Positions 37,440 to 50,799 of a stretch of DNA of 64,000 bases are shown one piece after another; within the stretch, counting starts at the first letter, position 1; every line of letters starts with the position of its first letter. The notes beneath the pieces were generated by a model. The model saw nothing but the letters and a program-made list of their open reading frames with translations. It ran no database searches and was not told where the DNA came from. The DNA is from Mobula hypostoma. Taxonomy: Eukaryota. The position numbers were made by a program, and so were the translations under genes. Where the stretch lies: NCBI RefSeq assembly GCF_963921235.1, contig NC_086097.1, forward strand, positions 53,818,001 through 53,882,000, given 5' to 3'.

Positions 37440-38390
37440 GGGAAAACTATTGACTCTTGTTCAGAAATTTGAGAGGAGTGAGTCAGCAAGTGGAGAAATT
37501 GGGCAGGTATTTAAACATGACCGGTGGAATCCCACAAGGACCAGTGCTGTGGCTGTTAGCTTTCCTCATGTATATTAATGACTTGGATGATCAGATAGAA
37601 AGTCACATTACCAAATTTGCTGATAGCTTAAGGGCAGATTGTAAGCAGTGCTGATAGAAGCACAGGGTTACTAAGAAATATTAATAGATCAATACAATGG
37701 GCAGATCTGTGACAAATGAATGTCAATGCAAGTTAACTGATTTTGGACCTTACACAAGATAGAACCAAGTACTTCAAAAAATGGAGCTTCACAAAGACAA
37801 CACACATAAAAGTTACTGGTGAACGCAGCAGGCCAGGCAGCATCTCTAGGAAGAGGTACTGTCGACGTTTCGGGCTGAGACCCTTCGTCAGACTTTTATG
37901 TGTGACGCTTAAAATTCCAGCACCTGCAGATTTCCTCATGTTTGGGCTTCACAAAGACAGATGGATCTTTATATAGATAGATAACTAAAAATAGCTTGGA
38001 TAGGTGCAGAAGATAATCAAGAGGGATAAAGAAACGACGTTTTTTTTAAACCTTCAGAGGATTGAACACAAAAGTTCAACTTTACAAAGTCCTGATTAGA
38101 CTATACTAGTAAATATTTCTGGTCACCACGTGAGGACTTTGGAGGGAGATTACCAAAATGGGACAAGTCTCCAAGAATTCAATCAGGAAAAAAAATTGTA
38201 TAAACTATGACTGCACTGTCTGGAATTTAGAAGGTTAAGGATTGACTTCATTGAAGTTTTCAAGATATTAAGGGGAACTGATTTGGTAGATAGAGAGAAA
38301 TTATTTCTGCTGGTTGGATAATCTCTGGGGACATGGTCTAAAAATTAGAGCCAGGCCTTTTCGGAATGAAGTTGGAAACACTCTGCATTT
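37440..38390 (+). mobile_element. Old degenerate CR1 RT fragment
   Basis: ORF 37457-37654 GGIPQGPVLWLLAFLMYINDLDDQIESHITKFAD. Confidence 0.8.
37800..37945. mobile_element. Collapsed fold-back mini-Penelope element (most of one arm deleted)
   Basis: Left arm with hammerhead boxes on the minus strand joins directly to acttttatgtgtg plus the extension; exact 14-bp TSD gcttcacaaagaca at 37786-37799 and 37946-37959. Confidence 0.88.
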
Positions 38391-38391
38391 G

Positions 38392-39015
38392 TAAGACCAT
38401 AAGACATAGGAATAGAATTAGGCCAGTCAGACCATTGAATCTGCTCCACCATTCCATCATGGCTGATTATTTTCCCTCTCAACCCTATTCTCCTGCTTTC
38501 TTCCCATAACCTTTGCCGTCCTTACTAATCAAGAGCCTATTAACCACCACTTTAAATATACCTGATGACTCAGCCTTCATTGCCATTGCGACAAAGAATT
38601 GTACAGATTCACCACCCTTTAGCTGAAGAAATTCCTCCTTTGCTCTAAAGGGACATCTAAAACTGTGCCCTCTGTTCCTAGACCTACCCGCTAGAGGAAA
38701 CATCCTCTCCACGTCCACTCTATCTAGACCTTGCAATATTCCATAGGTTTCAATGGAATTTCCCCTCATGCTTCGAAATTCTAGTGAGTATAGGCCCAGA
38801 GCCATCCAACATTCCTCATATGTTAACCCTTTCATCCCTGGGATCATTCTTGTGAGCCTCCTCTGAATCCTCTCCAATGCCAGCACATCCTTTTTTAAAT
38901 AAGAAGGCCAAATTGCTCACAATACTCCAAGTGCAGTCTGACTAGATGCAGCAAGATGCAGCATTACATCTTGCTTTTATATTCTAGGCCTCTCGAAATG
39001 AATGCTCACATTGCA
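38392..39015 (-). mobile_element. CR1 3' fragment
   Basis: ORF 38485-38886 LERIQRRLTRMIPGMKGLTYEE..LGLYSLEFR; tail (tcttatg)n. Confidence 0.9.
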
Positions 39016-39214
39016 GGATGGAAAAAAAAAGGAATTCCTTTTCTGCAAACAAATGTAAAACTTTAAATGAGGGTCAAATTGACTTGTTAATGGTCATTAT
39101 CTAGGGCTATGGGGAAAGAGTCAAGACCCACAAGAACGAGACTAATCCAAACAGGCTGGCTCCCACCACCTTCTCAAAGATAGTTCTGAATGGGAAATAA
39201 ATGTCAGCCTGGCG

Positions 39215-39775
39215 AGAGCAAAAATAAACAAACTGCTGGAGGAAGTCAGCGGGCCGAGGAGCTTCTGTGGGAAGAGAGGAACTACAAACGTTTCAGGTAG
39301 GGTTAATGTATCACAAGCAAGAGTTCACAGGGAGGAACTCCAGGAGGAGATGTGGAGGAGTATGGTGACAACCAGTAGTCAATAGGGTGGATTGAGGAAG
39401 GGTGCAGGATGGTGGGAGGAAGTGGCAGGTTGTGGTGGTGGTGGGGGCAGGGGTGTTTTACTGCCCATCATCCTTCATCCCTTCTTGGTTCACATACAAG
39501 CCCAGCTCTCACTCCTTGTGATCTCCTTTTTATACCAACTACCTTCCCTCCCCATCTTCAGCGCTGATGCAAAATCTCCACCCAAAATGTCAACCATTCC
39601 TCACCCCTCACGCCCCCACACACACACAGATACTGCTTTGTGTGGGTTGCTCTGGTTTTTCAGCATCTGCAGAATCTCTTGTGTTTATGATTTACTGCTT
39701 GATTTGCAGAGTCCCTCCAGCATTTTGCTCTTTGCTTCAATTTCCAGCATCTGCAGCCTGTTCTGTCTCCATTTG
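39215..39775. mobile_element. Old degenerate inverted Penelope termini
   Basis: aactgctggaggaagtcagc...aaacgtttcag on the left; ctgatgcaaaatctccacccaaaatgtcaac and two cagcatctgcag extensions on the right. Confidence 0.55.
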
Positions 39776-40769
39776 TCTTGCCAGAGATGCCCACATCCTA
39801 TAAATTAATATAGAATTATGTAATTAGGTCACAGATCACTGAACGTCAGAAATGGCTTCAGGGGCCTCCTCCCCTTCCAACATTCCCAAGATCTTTTCAG
39901 TATGAATTAGTTGCTCATTCACAGTATTCTCTAAACCACTGAGGGAGAGGGAGACTTGAGAATAAAATCCAGTGAATTATTGCTCCAAGTCAATCTGCCT
40001 GAAGGATGCAGATTTTTTTGTATTCTCTTCCCATGCTTAAAAAACACACAAATATCCCTTTACAATAACCAGAAAATTCAGATATTTTGATATTATTGAG
40101 TAAATTTTTCCACATTGTCACTAGAAATAACAATTGGCACAATATCCGCTCATGTCAAGTTAGCTGGAGGGCAAATGTTTCTACTTAATTTCTTCATGTC
40201 GTGCATCAACTGCAGTTACAAAAATGGACTGGGAAACTCCACGCAGGGATCTGACCACAGGTCCCCAAATCATCTTTAGGAATGTGTGCTGCCTAAAGGC
40301 AAAAGGGAAGATCAGCAGGAAGTGCAGAACAAGCGTCCGTTCTTTCTGTCATCTCATGTGCTGATGATGCTCTTACTGGATAACAAAACTGACAGAATAC
40401 AAACTCGCTTCAACTCATCAAGCCAAAGGTTATATAAAACATTAATTTTGGATACAAAACACTGATACCTTAATGCAACAGCTTTGTAAATTTAGAACTG
40501 TAACTGTTGCCAGTTTAAATCCATATATAGTAAAGCTACTTTGGGTGTGGCTGCTATTAGAAGCAGCTGGAAGGCTGCAATGGGCAGAAATGCTACGGCT
40601 CTTTTTGCCTGTAATATGCTCCAGATGCCATATTCATTTGTATCTCAAATGCTTTGTTGCCCTTTAATACTCCCAGTTTTAAAAGTACAACAGTCGCAAC
40701 TGTTGTAAGTACCATGTTTATTAAGCACAAGATTACCTAGCAATCAACACCTCATCCCTGTACACATAC

Positions 40770-40840
40770 CATAGTCGCCAGCTATGCGTTGGTATTTTGT
40801 TCTCCTTCTTTCAGAAGCGTGCATAAGAGGCCACTCAACC
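40770..40840 (-). CDS. Candidate 71-nt exon containing a possible start codon
   Basis: tattttttcctgagccgtcaatag|...ATGCACGCTTCTGAAAGAAGGAGAACAAAATACCAACGCATAGCTGGCGACTATG|gtatgt. Reads MHASERRRTKYQRIAGDY, or is a UTR exon ending in ATG; lies in a TE-free block. Confidence 0.3.
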
Positions 40841-43369
40841 CTATTGACGGCTCAGGAAAAAATACCTGGAGTCATCGTACATATAATTACACCTCAAAAG
40901 CACCAGGAAGGAAAAAGTCATGACTTAAAACAAATTCCATTTTAGAGTACATGCTCCGCATTACAAACACACAATTACAGCTAGCGAATGTTGTTCACAA
41001 CAAGGAACGTGGCAGGAAAGTGAGATGAACAAAGCTGGAAGCATTTTTCAAAATACCACCACATGAAACAATTGCAAAATGTGACTGAAGTCAGCTGAAG
41101 GAGTTCTCAGTTACACCAGAACAGTTCTCAGTTACATGGAATGGGTGTGTATGTAGTACCTGGATAGCTAGCTGCCAAAAACCTATTTCATCCCAAAGAA
41201 ATTCTTCATGGGTTTGACCAAGTATGTTTGGAAAGATTGAAAGAAGGGTCTCCTAGCAAGCAACAAATACATTGTACACAGCAAAAAATATATTAATCAA
41301 TAAATAATACAACACCAAATTCTCCTTTCAATTTCTCAATGAACAATGCACACCATCCCCCTCTCTTAAAAAAAGACCAGCATACTCACATGTTTAGTTA
41401 TCAAATCTGTTGCAGAAGCAGGAGCAATTCTGAATGGACTAAATTGCAACTTGTCTACCTATTCAAAATGTAAACTTCAGCCAATCAAAGCCTTATGAAG
41501 AAGATTGCAGCTAAATTACTGGTTATGTTAGAGTTATGAAGTCATATCTAACTACCCCCTATATTTTCACATGTACAGTACTTAACTCAATAAGGAAAAA
41601 AACTCTTCAATGAGGAGATATGAAACAACTAGATGTCTGCCTTTCGTTTGCGGCACTAATTGAACAATATTGGTTCAGCTGTATGTTGAACTTCTCTCCA
41701 AAAATCCATTCTGTTAAATTCTACCGAGGACAAGTACCATGGATGAAGTTCCCACCCCCACACCTCCAGCTCTTCATTGTAAGTAAACATTCCTTAAACT
41801 TCAACTTAAGTTAGCTTTTGATTCTATGAAATGCTAGTCCAGGAGAAAAATGAAGGGTTGACATAGTATGAAAATTACATCCATGTATTTAAAAAGTAAT
41901 AATCACATAGATTTCTAAATAACAGAGCACTCAAATTCCATTTAGAAGTTTCTCCTTTTGGCATTTAAATTCAGCTCTTCCATAGACCATGAGTTTTAAT
42001 GATTCTCGTGAGAAGGGGGCATCTTCAAGAATTGATTTCCAGAGATAGTAAATAGGAACAAAATAAATAAAGTTAACATTTTCTGAAGTTTCGTACTAAG
42101 TACAGTCCCAGACAAGAGTAATGATTGGAGCTTTCCAATTATTAAAATCCCTATTAAAATAGTCCTTCTTGCTTTGTACATATTTCCACAGATGTGAATG
42201 GTGCCTCTGTAGTACATCCTTCTGACTCTGTTCAGAATGAATCCTTTTGTTTTTAGGGAAAATTTCATTTATTGTTGTGACCCAGCCAAAGCAATCACTG
42301 TCAAGCTATATTGGTGAGTTGACTGCAGCTGCACATTACCTGCAATTCCAGTATGATTCAAATTTCCAAGCAAAAAAATGGTGCAGATATTCACATGATA
42401 AACTTTGGTCCAATCAATTCATCTACTTCATCTGGAATTACACAAATGGCAATCTTGCAGTTTTTTCACTTCAACAATACAGAAAATATCCATTAAAATA
42501 TACATTTTTATTGGAAATTAAGGATTGATGCATTTAATTTCAGGGGGATAAAAGATGCAAAATAAACAACATTCACTAAGGAAAGTTATGTCATTGTTTT
42601 CATGACACCACATTGTCACTGGTCAAATATGAAACACCAGAATGTCTGTTCAGAAATATAGCCCTTCTGTCATTCAACTTGTAAATAGCTAGATTAACTA
42701 AATGACCAGTTTTCATTTTAAAAGTACAGTATATTTAAAGAGTTAACTAAAGTTTGGATGAGTTTTTGCAAAAGAAAACCTAGCAGAGAGTCACCAGGAA
42801 ATAGAAGAATAAAACAGGGCAGGAGAGTAAATTTGCTAGAAATACAAAAAGAAAGATTGAAGAGAAGTTTTGCACTTATACAGTAAAGATTAGCAAAACA
42901 TGACGGAGATCTCTAATGGTAATGCTTTGCAACCTTCAGCTGACAGCAGGATCACTCAAGATGGCCCATTATGTTTTTTTCTTTGTCCTTTCTCATTCAT
43001 AGTTTCAATCTGAGCTAAAACGGGACACAAGGCTTACACCAGAGACAAGAAGAGAGTGGGCAATAATCTCAAGTTGTTTTTTTTTAACTACTGCCTTATT
43101 TAACACTGGAGTCTTTATCAGAATTTAAGGAGAACTAAACAGATCCAATCTAGCGTAGTAAGGAGCAGAAAAGACTGGATGACAGGATGCTAACCAGATC
43201 ACATTATCTGAAAGGCAGCATCAACAAGGAAGAAACCTATTACCAAGTCTCCCTGAACAGAAGTTAAACCATGGGGCCAAAGGGCCTCAGTAAAAGACAA
43301 AAGTGCATTCGCAACAAGGTGGAGAGGAACCTCAAAAACTACTTTTGTTTCTTAGAATATCCATTTGAT

Positions 43370-43606
43370 ATCAAGTCAAGTCAAGTCACTTTTTATTGTC
43401 ATTCCAACCATAACTGCTGGTACAGTACACAGTAAAAACGAGACAATGAAACAATACAAAAACTACACTAGACTACAGACCTACCCAGGACTGCATAAAG
43501 TACACAGAACAGTGCAGGTATTACAATAAATAATAAACAAGACAATAGGCACAGCGGAGGGCAGTAGATTGGTAGTCCGATGGCTTGAGGGAAAAACTGT
43601 TACATA
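43370..43606 (-). mobile_element. Rex1-type 3' end fragment
   Basis: (tcaag)n tail then cactttttattgtcatt...gatggcttgagggaaaaactgtt. Confidence 0.7.
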
Positions 43607-43759
43607 AATAAACAGCTATACTCCCGCCGAGTATTTTGTTGGAGTCGGAATGAACCAAAACAGGCAGAGCTTCAGAGTCAAGGACAATATTTGTGACTTC
43701 TAATTTCTACTGGAATTACTTCATCAATAACTACACCTTTTTTCAGCCTAACAGAAATA

Positions 43760-44530
43760 CATTGGATTCAAGTTAATTGGGACTCATCAGGACTGGTACA
43801 TTTTGGGTCAGCTAAGCTGCTGTCCCAATTAGACAAAGCTTCATGGAAATCATTAAAAAGGTATAAAAAAGACAAACTGAGTAACAAATTATATATTTAA
43901 ATGAAAATACTACAGTAGTAGTATAAGTCTGTGTATTAGCTCCCAATACTTATTGACAAAGGAATTCATCTGTATTGTGTTCTTTTGACTGTGAATTAAT
44001 AAAATCAGTGCAGACACCTAGTGCAGATAGTGGACTGTCTTCATATAATGCTTTCAACGATTACATACTCCAAATCTTCACTTTCATTGTAATATTCAAG
44101 ATAGTTGTCAATACCTTCAAATTCTCTGTAGTTTCTAGCTTGAAGTAGTGAAATTATTTCATTTTCACTCCCAACCATTTCTGGGATCTCCAAGCCTGAA
44201 TGCTGGAAACCACAGTGAGCAAAACAGTTTCACAGTTTGTCTCACTGCTTTCATCTCATCGACTATCAGTGACAAAAATTGATGCCTTTTGAACACAAAC
44301 ACACAAAACTGCTGCTCAAAACTTATTGCTCAAAGCCATGCAAGTGCACATGACTGACACTAGCTAGAAATTGTTCTGCAACAGTTTCCTGCTCCAATTT
44401 AGCAGCATAATGTCCCAAATAAACAATGGGAATGATAGCTAGCTTCTCGAATAGTCACTGTTCTTTAAGAGTTATCCCAAATAGGCAGTTGCCCCGATTA
44501 ACCAATGGCCCAATTAATCAGAATCCACTG
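43760..44530. mobile_element. Tigger/pogo-type non-autonomous DNA transposon
   Basis: TA|cattggattcaagttaattggga ... ggcccaattaatcagaatccactg|TA (TIRs, TA TSD, subterminal repeats). Confidence 0.82.
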
Positions 44531-45624
44531 TATTTGAAGACAACATGTGAGCATTGACTGATTGCTCAATTTTTAGATCAGGAGTGATTTACCTATTGAA
44601 CTACATATACATAAGAAAAAAATGAAGAGTCTATATTTTAGCTAAAATAAACAGATGCATAGCAATAATTAAATATGCTGTGTTCTCTCCTGTAAAATAA
44701 AACTGACGTATTTCCAAGAGTAAAGTCTGCAGATTAACTAAAATGCAATTGAAACTCCAAAATGGCTGCGTAAGCACATTTTACAAATACTTTATTCTAA
44801 GATGGAAGCTTATGACAAGCCTTCAATATCCTGAAATTATATTTCAGAAAATATAAAGCTAGCATTTGAAACATTTACCCTGGGATTTTACATCATTCCA
44901 AATTGCCATTAAATATTTTGATCATTCACATTGAAGAAACAACTTTTTGTAAAGCATGAGAATCACCGGCCCGTGCAAAAACCTCTGCAAATCTACCATA
45001 AAGTGCAAGCCGCTGATTGTTCACTTGCAAGCAATCTGATGAATGTGATGTAAATGGGGGAAAAAATTGTTAATGATTAAGATTTAAATCATTAAGTATA
45101 TCCTAACACATCTGCTGGAAAATCCTCCAAGTTGTTTGATGATCAAAGTTAATTAAGTTTTGTGTTGAATTAAAGTCCAGATTTTCATGTGCGAAGAGAT
45201 TGCAGAATTAAGCTTAATTTCTCATTCCTTTTTGGTTAGTCAGGGAAGTGTGGCTCTGAACCACCGATGAGCATTTGGTTTAGATTGGAACCAAAAATGG
45301 AACACAATCACTCATATGGAACAGAACTAAGTAGTTCTGAACCTTGGCAAGAATTAGTGTTGTTGCTAATGTGTTGACAGGTAGAGAGTTGAAACAGCAT
45401 AACCAAGGCCTCAGAGGGATTCTGTTAAATCTATTATGTCTATAAAAATATTAGATGATTTGCACCATGTACATTGGATTTTATTTCTTTTTTGTTGCTG
45501 TATGTTAATTATTGCAAATGCTTAACCTGCCAACAAACTGTCTACCTTATAGCACTTGGCTCTGTTTGCTGGACTGGATTCAACAGTCATTAAACCTACT
45601 TCCTTGGCTCCTTCTTATAGCTAA

Positions 45625-45744
45625 TGCAACACACACACACACACACACACACGCAAAATGCTGGAGGAACTCAGCAAGAATGGCAGCATCAATGGAGGGG
45701 AATAAACAGTCAACGTTTCAGACCAAGACACTTCATCAGGACTG
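45625..45744 (-). mobile_element. Isolated Penelope terminus with hammerhead boxes and an expanded (CA)n
   Basis: Minus cagtc-CTGATGA-agtgtcttggtct-GAAA-CGTT-gactg at 45707-45744; helix II is degenerate. Confidence 0.75.
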
Positions 45745-47092
45745 TAGCTGGTGTAATCCATTTTGTTATAATATATGATCAGTGATAATATATTGACAGC
45801 AACAAATATTATGCAGGAAATAAAGTGGAAGAAGCTCTTTTGATCTATACACTGCAATTACAAACAATCTATTTTACATAGAACAGTATAACACGGGCAC
45901 AGGCCCTTCGGCCCATTCTGCCTGCACTGTATGCTGGTTGAACAGTATGTCTAACTGTACTTCTAACTCACTTACAGGATGACGACGATGATGATGAGGT
46001 TGATTAACAAATTTGCCGTTTCAAAAGATAAAAGTGTCTAACAGATTGGTATGTTTAGAGTGATGTATAGGCCAGAGGAGATCAACATGCCAAATTTCCT
46101 TCAAAGAATATTAGCAAACTAAAGGGATTTTTAGTGATCACTATTTTTAGATACTAGCTTTTCAATTCCAGATTTATTTATGAATGAGTTTAAATTTCCC
46201 AGTTGACCAATGATATCTGAATTCATCTCCAAATCAATAATTTAGTAACATAACTGTTACAGTAACAAACTCCCGAAGGTATTAATGGTTTAACCTTCCT
46301 ACTAAAAATAAGAATTCCTTTAGAATTTATTGATTCATCCATTGACAGGATGTGGATATTAACGGCAATTCCAGCATTCATTGTCCATTCCCAAATCCAT
46401 CACAAATGGATGTGTAGTTAAGAGTCAACCTTTTGGTGAGAATGGAGTCACACAACAGCTAGGTGAAGAAAGGATGCTACTTTTCTTCACAGAAGGACAT
46501 ATGTGCAAGAAGATTGCTTTTTACCACAATCCAGTAGCTGTTTGTTCCCCTTTGCTGAAACCAGATTTTATTTTATATCATTTCATTACCTGACAAGGAC
46601 AAAAATGGGATGGTAAAGGAAGCTTGGATGTAAGGAGAGGTGGTGAATTCTGTCAAGAAGGAAAAGAAAGCTCATGTAAGGTTTAGGAAGATAAAATCAG
46701 TCAGGGCCCTGGAAGATTATAATGAATCTAGAAAAGGACTCAAGAAGGGAATTAGAAAAGCCAGGATGCACCATGAAAAGTTCTTGTCAAGTAGGAATGA
46801 AGAGAATTGTTGGGTATTTTATACTTACATCAAGAATAAGAGGATAGCTAAGGAGAGAGTATGACCATTCAAGGTGAGAAAATGTGCCTGGGGGGAAAGG
46901 ATGTGGGCAAGGTTCTAAATGAGTACTTAGCATCAGTATTTAACAAGGAGAAGGACATGGAACCAAGTGAGATCATTGAAAAACATGCTAATATGCTAGG
47001 GCATTTTGTGATGAAGGAACAGGTTGTGTTGAGGCTCGTGAAGAACTTTAAAATGGATAAGTCCCCAAGGTCAGGTAGGATATATTCTAGGT

Positions 47093-50000
47093 CAGCCTTT
47101 CTCAACTTTTTTGTCCTGCAGGAACCTTAAAATAATTTTCAGGTCTCAGGGAACCCCTGCATTAAAAAATATTATATCTACAGCTCAGAGTACATTAGTA
47201 TGATCAGTAAGTTGTAGAAATAATAAACCAAAAATAATTGTCAATGCTCTTTTGAGTAGATCATGAATTTTTAGCTTACCTTTCTTGAAATTAATCTCTT
47301 TCTTTCCCTTTCACAAATTTTTAAAACTCTAAGTCAAACATAATGCCTTTCTCATTTCTGAGTCGAACTTGAGATAAGCACATGCAGATTTCATCCCCAA
47401 CTAAAATGAAACTATTTCTATCCTTGCTCTTGATGTTTGTTAAACAAGAAGAAGCTTGCTCACACATGTAAGAAGTTGAAAATTGCAGCAAAATGTTCAT
47501 TGCTTTATTATGAATGGCAGGATATTCTTCTTTTACAGATATCCCGAACTTGTCCGGGGCAGAACAGTAAATCTCATCTTGAGTACATGATCATAAAGTT
47601 CTTTCTCTTACCTCAAATTCAAGTTCTCAGGCTGAGCAGAAGATTTAGAAAAAGGGTCCCTCAACCAATCATACACTTGTGTTGAAAGGGAAGAAAAATA
47701 CTGTTCAAATTTGTTCTGCAGTGCTTCCCGGTGGTTTTCAATAAGACTCGAGACTTTCTGATATCCTTCCTCACTCCCAACCTGAAGCAGCAGTGGGAAC
47801 ATTTCAACATTTCCTTTTGCAACATGATTTTTCCAAAGATTCAGTTTCCTTTTAAATCCAAGAAACTTGTCACTTGAAGTCAAAATATTTTCTCCAGGGC
47901 CTTGCAGAGACTTGTTCAACTGGTTCTTATGATGAAAAATGACTGTTAAGTAGGCTAGTTTCTGCAGCCATTCTTCATCTTCAAAAAAAATAGAAAAATC
48001 TGGCCTACTATTCTCTTGAAATGATTCCTGCAATTCACCTTTCAGCTCAAACACCCTGTTGAGAACTCTTCCTCTGCTAAGCCACTGGATTTCCGTATGT
48101 AGCTGGAGACTGGTGTGCTCTTTGTCCATGTTCTCATAGAAACATAGAAAACCTACAGCACAATACAGGCCCTTCAGCCCACAAACTTGTGCTGAACATG
48201 TCCCTATCTTAGAAATTACTAGACTTCCCCATAGCCCTCTATTTTTCTAAGCTCCATGTATCTATCCAAAAGTCTCTTAAAAGACACTATCATATCCGCC
48301 TCCACCACCACCACCGCCAGCAGCCCATTTCATGCACTCACCACTCTGAGTAAAAAACTTACCCCTGACATCACCTCTATACCTACTCCCCAGCACCTTA
48401 AACCTGTGTCCTCTTGTGGCAATCATTTCAGCTCTGAGAAAAAGCCTCTGACTATCCACACAATCAATGCCTCCCATCATCCTATACACCTCTATCAGGT
48501 CACCTCTCATCCTCCATCACTCCAAGGAGAAAAGGCTGAGTTCACTCAACCTGGTTTCATAAGGCATGCTCCCCAATCCAGGCAACATCCTTGTAAATCT
48601 CCTCTACACCCTTTCTGTGGCTTCCACATCCTTCCTGTAGTGAGGCAACCAGAACTGAACACAGTACTCCAAGTGGGATCTAACCAGGGTCCTATATAGC
48701 TGCAACATTACCTCTCAGCTCCTAAATTCAACTCCATGATTAGTGAAGGCCAATACACTGCATGCCTTCTTAACCACAGCGTCAACCTGCGCAGTTGCTT
48801 TGAGTGTCCTATGGACTTGGACCCCAAGATCCCTCTAATCCTCCACACTGCCAAGAGTCCTACCATTAATCCTATATTCTGCCAGCATATTTGACCTACC
48901 AAAATGAACCACTTCACACTTATCTTGGTTGAACTCTATTTGCCACTTCTCAGCCCAGTTTTGCTTCTTATCAATGTCCCGCTGTAACCTCTTACAGCCC
49001 TCCACACTATCCACAACACCTCCAAACCTTTGTATCATCAACAAACTTACTAACCCATCCCTCCACTTCCTCATCCAGGTCATGTATAAAAATCACGAAG
49101 AATAAGGATCCCAGAACAGATCCCTGAGGCACAGCACTGGTGACAACTTCCATGCAGAATATGACCTGTCTACAACCACTCTTTGCCTTCTGTGGGCAAG
49201 CCAGTTCTGGATCCACAAAGCAATGTCCCTTTGGATCCCATGCCTCCTTACTTTCTCAATAAGCCTTGAATGGGGTACCTTGTCAAATGCCTTGCTGAAA
49301 TCCATATACACTACATCTACTGCTCTTCCTTCATCGATGTGTTTAGTCACATCCTCAAAAATTCAATCAGGCTCGTATGGCATGACCTGCCCTTGACAAA
49401 GCCATGCTGACTATTCCTAATCATATTATACCTCTCTAAATGTTCATAAATGCTGCCTCTCAGGATCTTCTCCATCAATTTACCAACCACTGAAGTAAGC
49501 CTCACTGGTCTACAATTTCCTGGGCTATCTCTACTCCCTTTCTTGAATAAAGGAACAACATCCGCAACCCTCCAATCCTCCGGAACCTCTCCCGTCTCCA
49601 TTGATTATTTAAAGATCATTGTCAGAGGCTCAGCAATCTCCTCCCTCACCTCCCACAGTAGCCTGGGGTACATCTCATCTGGTCTTGGCGACTTATCCAA
49701 CTTGATGCTTTCCAAAAGCTCCAGCACCTCTTCTTTCTTAATATCTTCATGCTCAAGCTTTTCATTCTGCTGTAAGTCTGCACTACAGTCGCCAAGATCA
49801 TTTTCCATAGGGAATACTGAAGTATTCATTAAGTACCCCTGCTATTTCCTCTGGTTCCATACACACTTTCCCACTGTCACACTTGATAGGTCTTATTCTT
49901 TCATATCTTATCCTCTTGCTCTTCACACAATTTTTTAAACATTCTCTGGTGAACTGGTCTGAAAGCTACTTAATTATTTGATTTTTGGATCCTTTTTGCT

Positions 50001-50799
50001 AACTGTGACCTTATTTTCAAAAGCTTTAATCTGTTTTGTTTTGAGATTTCAATAGTCATTTAAAATAATCAGCATTTTTACATGTCATATGGTTGTGATT
50101 TATAGTTAAGTGTCTTTTCAATTTTGCTGGCGTTGTTTGCCACAGACTAGGCACAATGGAATAGGACAACTTGGATCCATGTAAAACCCATTGGTAAGTA
50201 GCTTTCATTGTAAAGACAGGTTATTTTTGTGTGTCTGTTGTTGTGCTAGTGACTCAGAAGACTGTAATTCTTCATTAGAATTGTCCCTAGGCCTAGAATC
50301 CTCCTCTACCATCCCACACCAACTCTTCAAATATCGCCACATTGGACAGTCTTTAGGATGAAAATTTTCCTCCAATTTTCTACTATACTCATGATTTGTT
50401 CACTCCCATAAGTCAGTCAGCAGCACAGAAGGGGAAGTTGGGGAGGTAATTTGAGAGGGAGAGACTAACGTCATTGCCCCAGGTTGGGCAAATCCATTCA
50501 ATACTCGGAAAATGCAGTTATCAGCCTGCTGTCCTCCCCTCTGTGCAATACAGCACTCACCAATTATCAACAGCCTCCTCTATCTTGCATCAAAAACTGA
50601 GAATGGACTCAACCAAATAAACACGGTCGTCCTACGCACTGCCATCTGGGCTGAGGTTGCTCGGTCACTGCCCACCGGTGCAAGCACTAGCAACATGCGT
50701 TGCGCAAAAGTTCAAATGGCGATGCTGATTTTTGTTTTAATCACAATTTCTTATGGAACCCCTAGCAACCGCTCACAGGACCGTGGTTGAGAAACCTTG
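47093..50799 (-). mobile_element. hAT (Buster/Charlie-type) DNA transposon, degenerate, with a nested CR1
   Basis: Perfect 8-bp TSD ttctaggt (nnnTAnnn) at 47085-47092 and 50800-50807; TIRs cagcctttctcaac / gttgagaaaccttg; ORF 47608-48129 LHTEIQWLSRGRVLNRVFEL..LAYLTVIF..LNKSLQG; BED-finger remnant PLCLVCG near 50150. Confidence 0.93.
48135..49925 (-). mobile_element. 5'-truncated CR1 LINE inside the hAT element
   Basis: ORFs 49347-49601 (VPEDWRVADVVPLFKKG), 49093-49350 (YMDFSKAFDKVPH), 48277-48510; tail (tttctatg)n at 48135. Confidence 0.94.

Noticed and set aside
41102..41136. 14-bp direct repeat agttctcagttaca
   Set aside because: Two copies 7 bp apart: a simple local duplication, not an array or a TSD of an element.
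42257..42313. Plus-strand 57-nt exon-like unit (ttttag|...|gtgagt); a similar 39-nt unit at 32956-32994
   Set aside because: No recognisable peptide and no supporting plus-strand exon chain; cannot be separated from chance, though not excluded.
50146..50193. Plus-strand exon-like unit with strong acceptor and GTAAGT donor
   Set aside because: Stops in all three frames and lies antisense within the hAT transposase.
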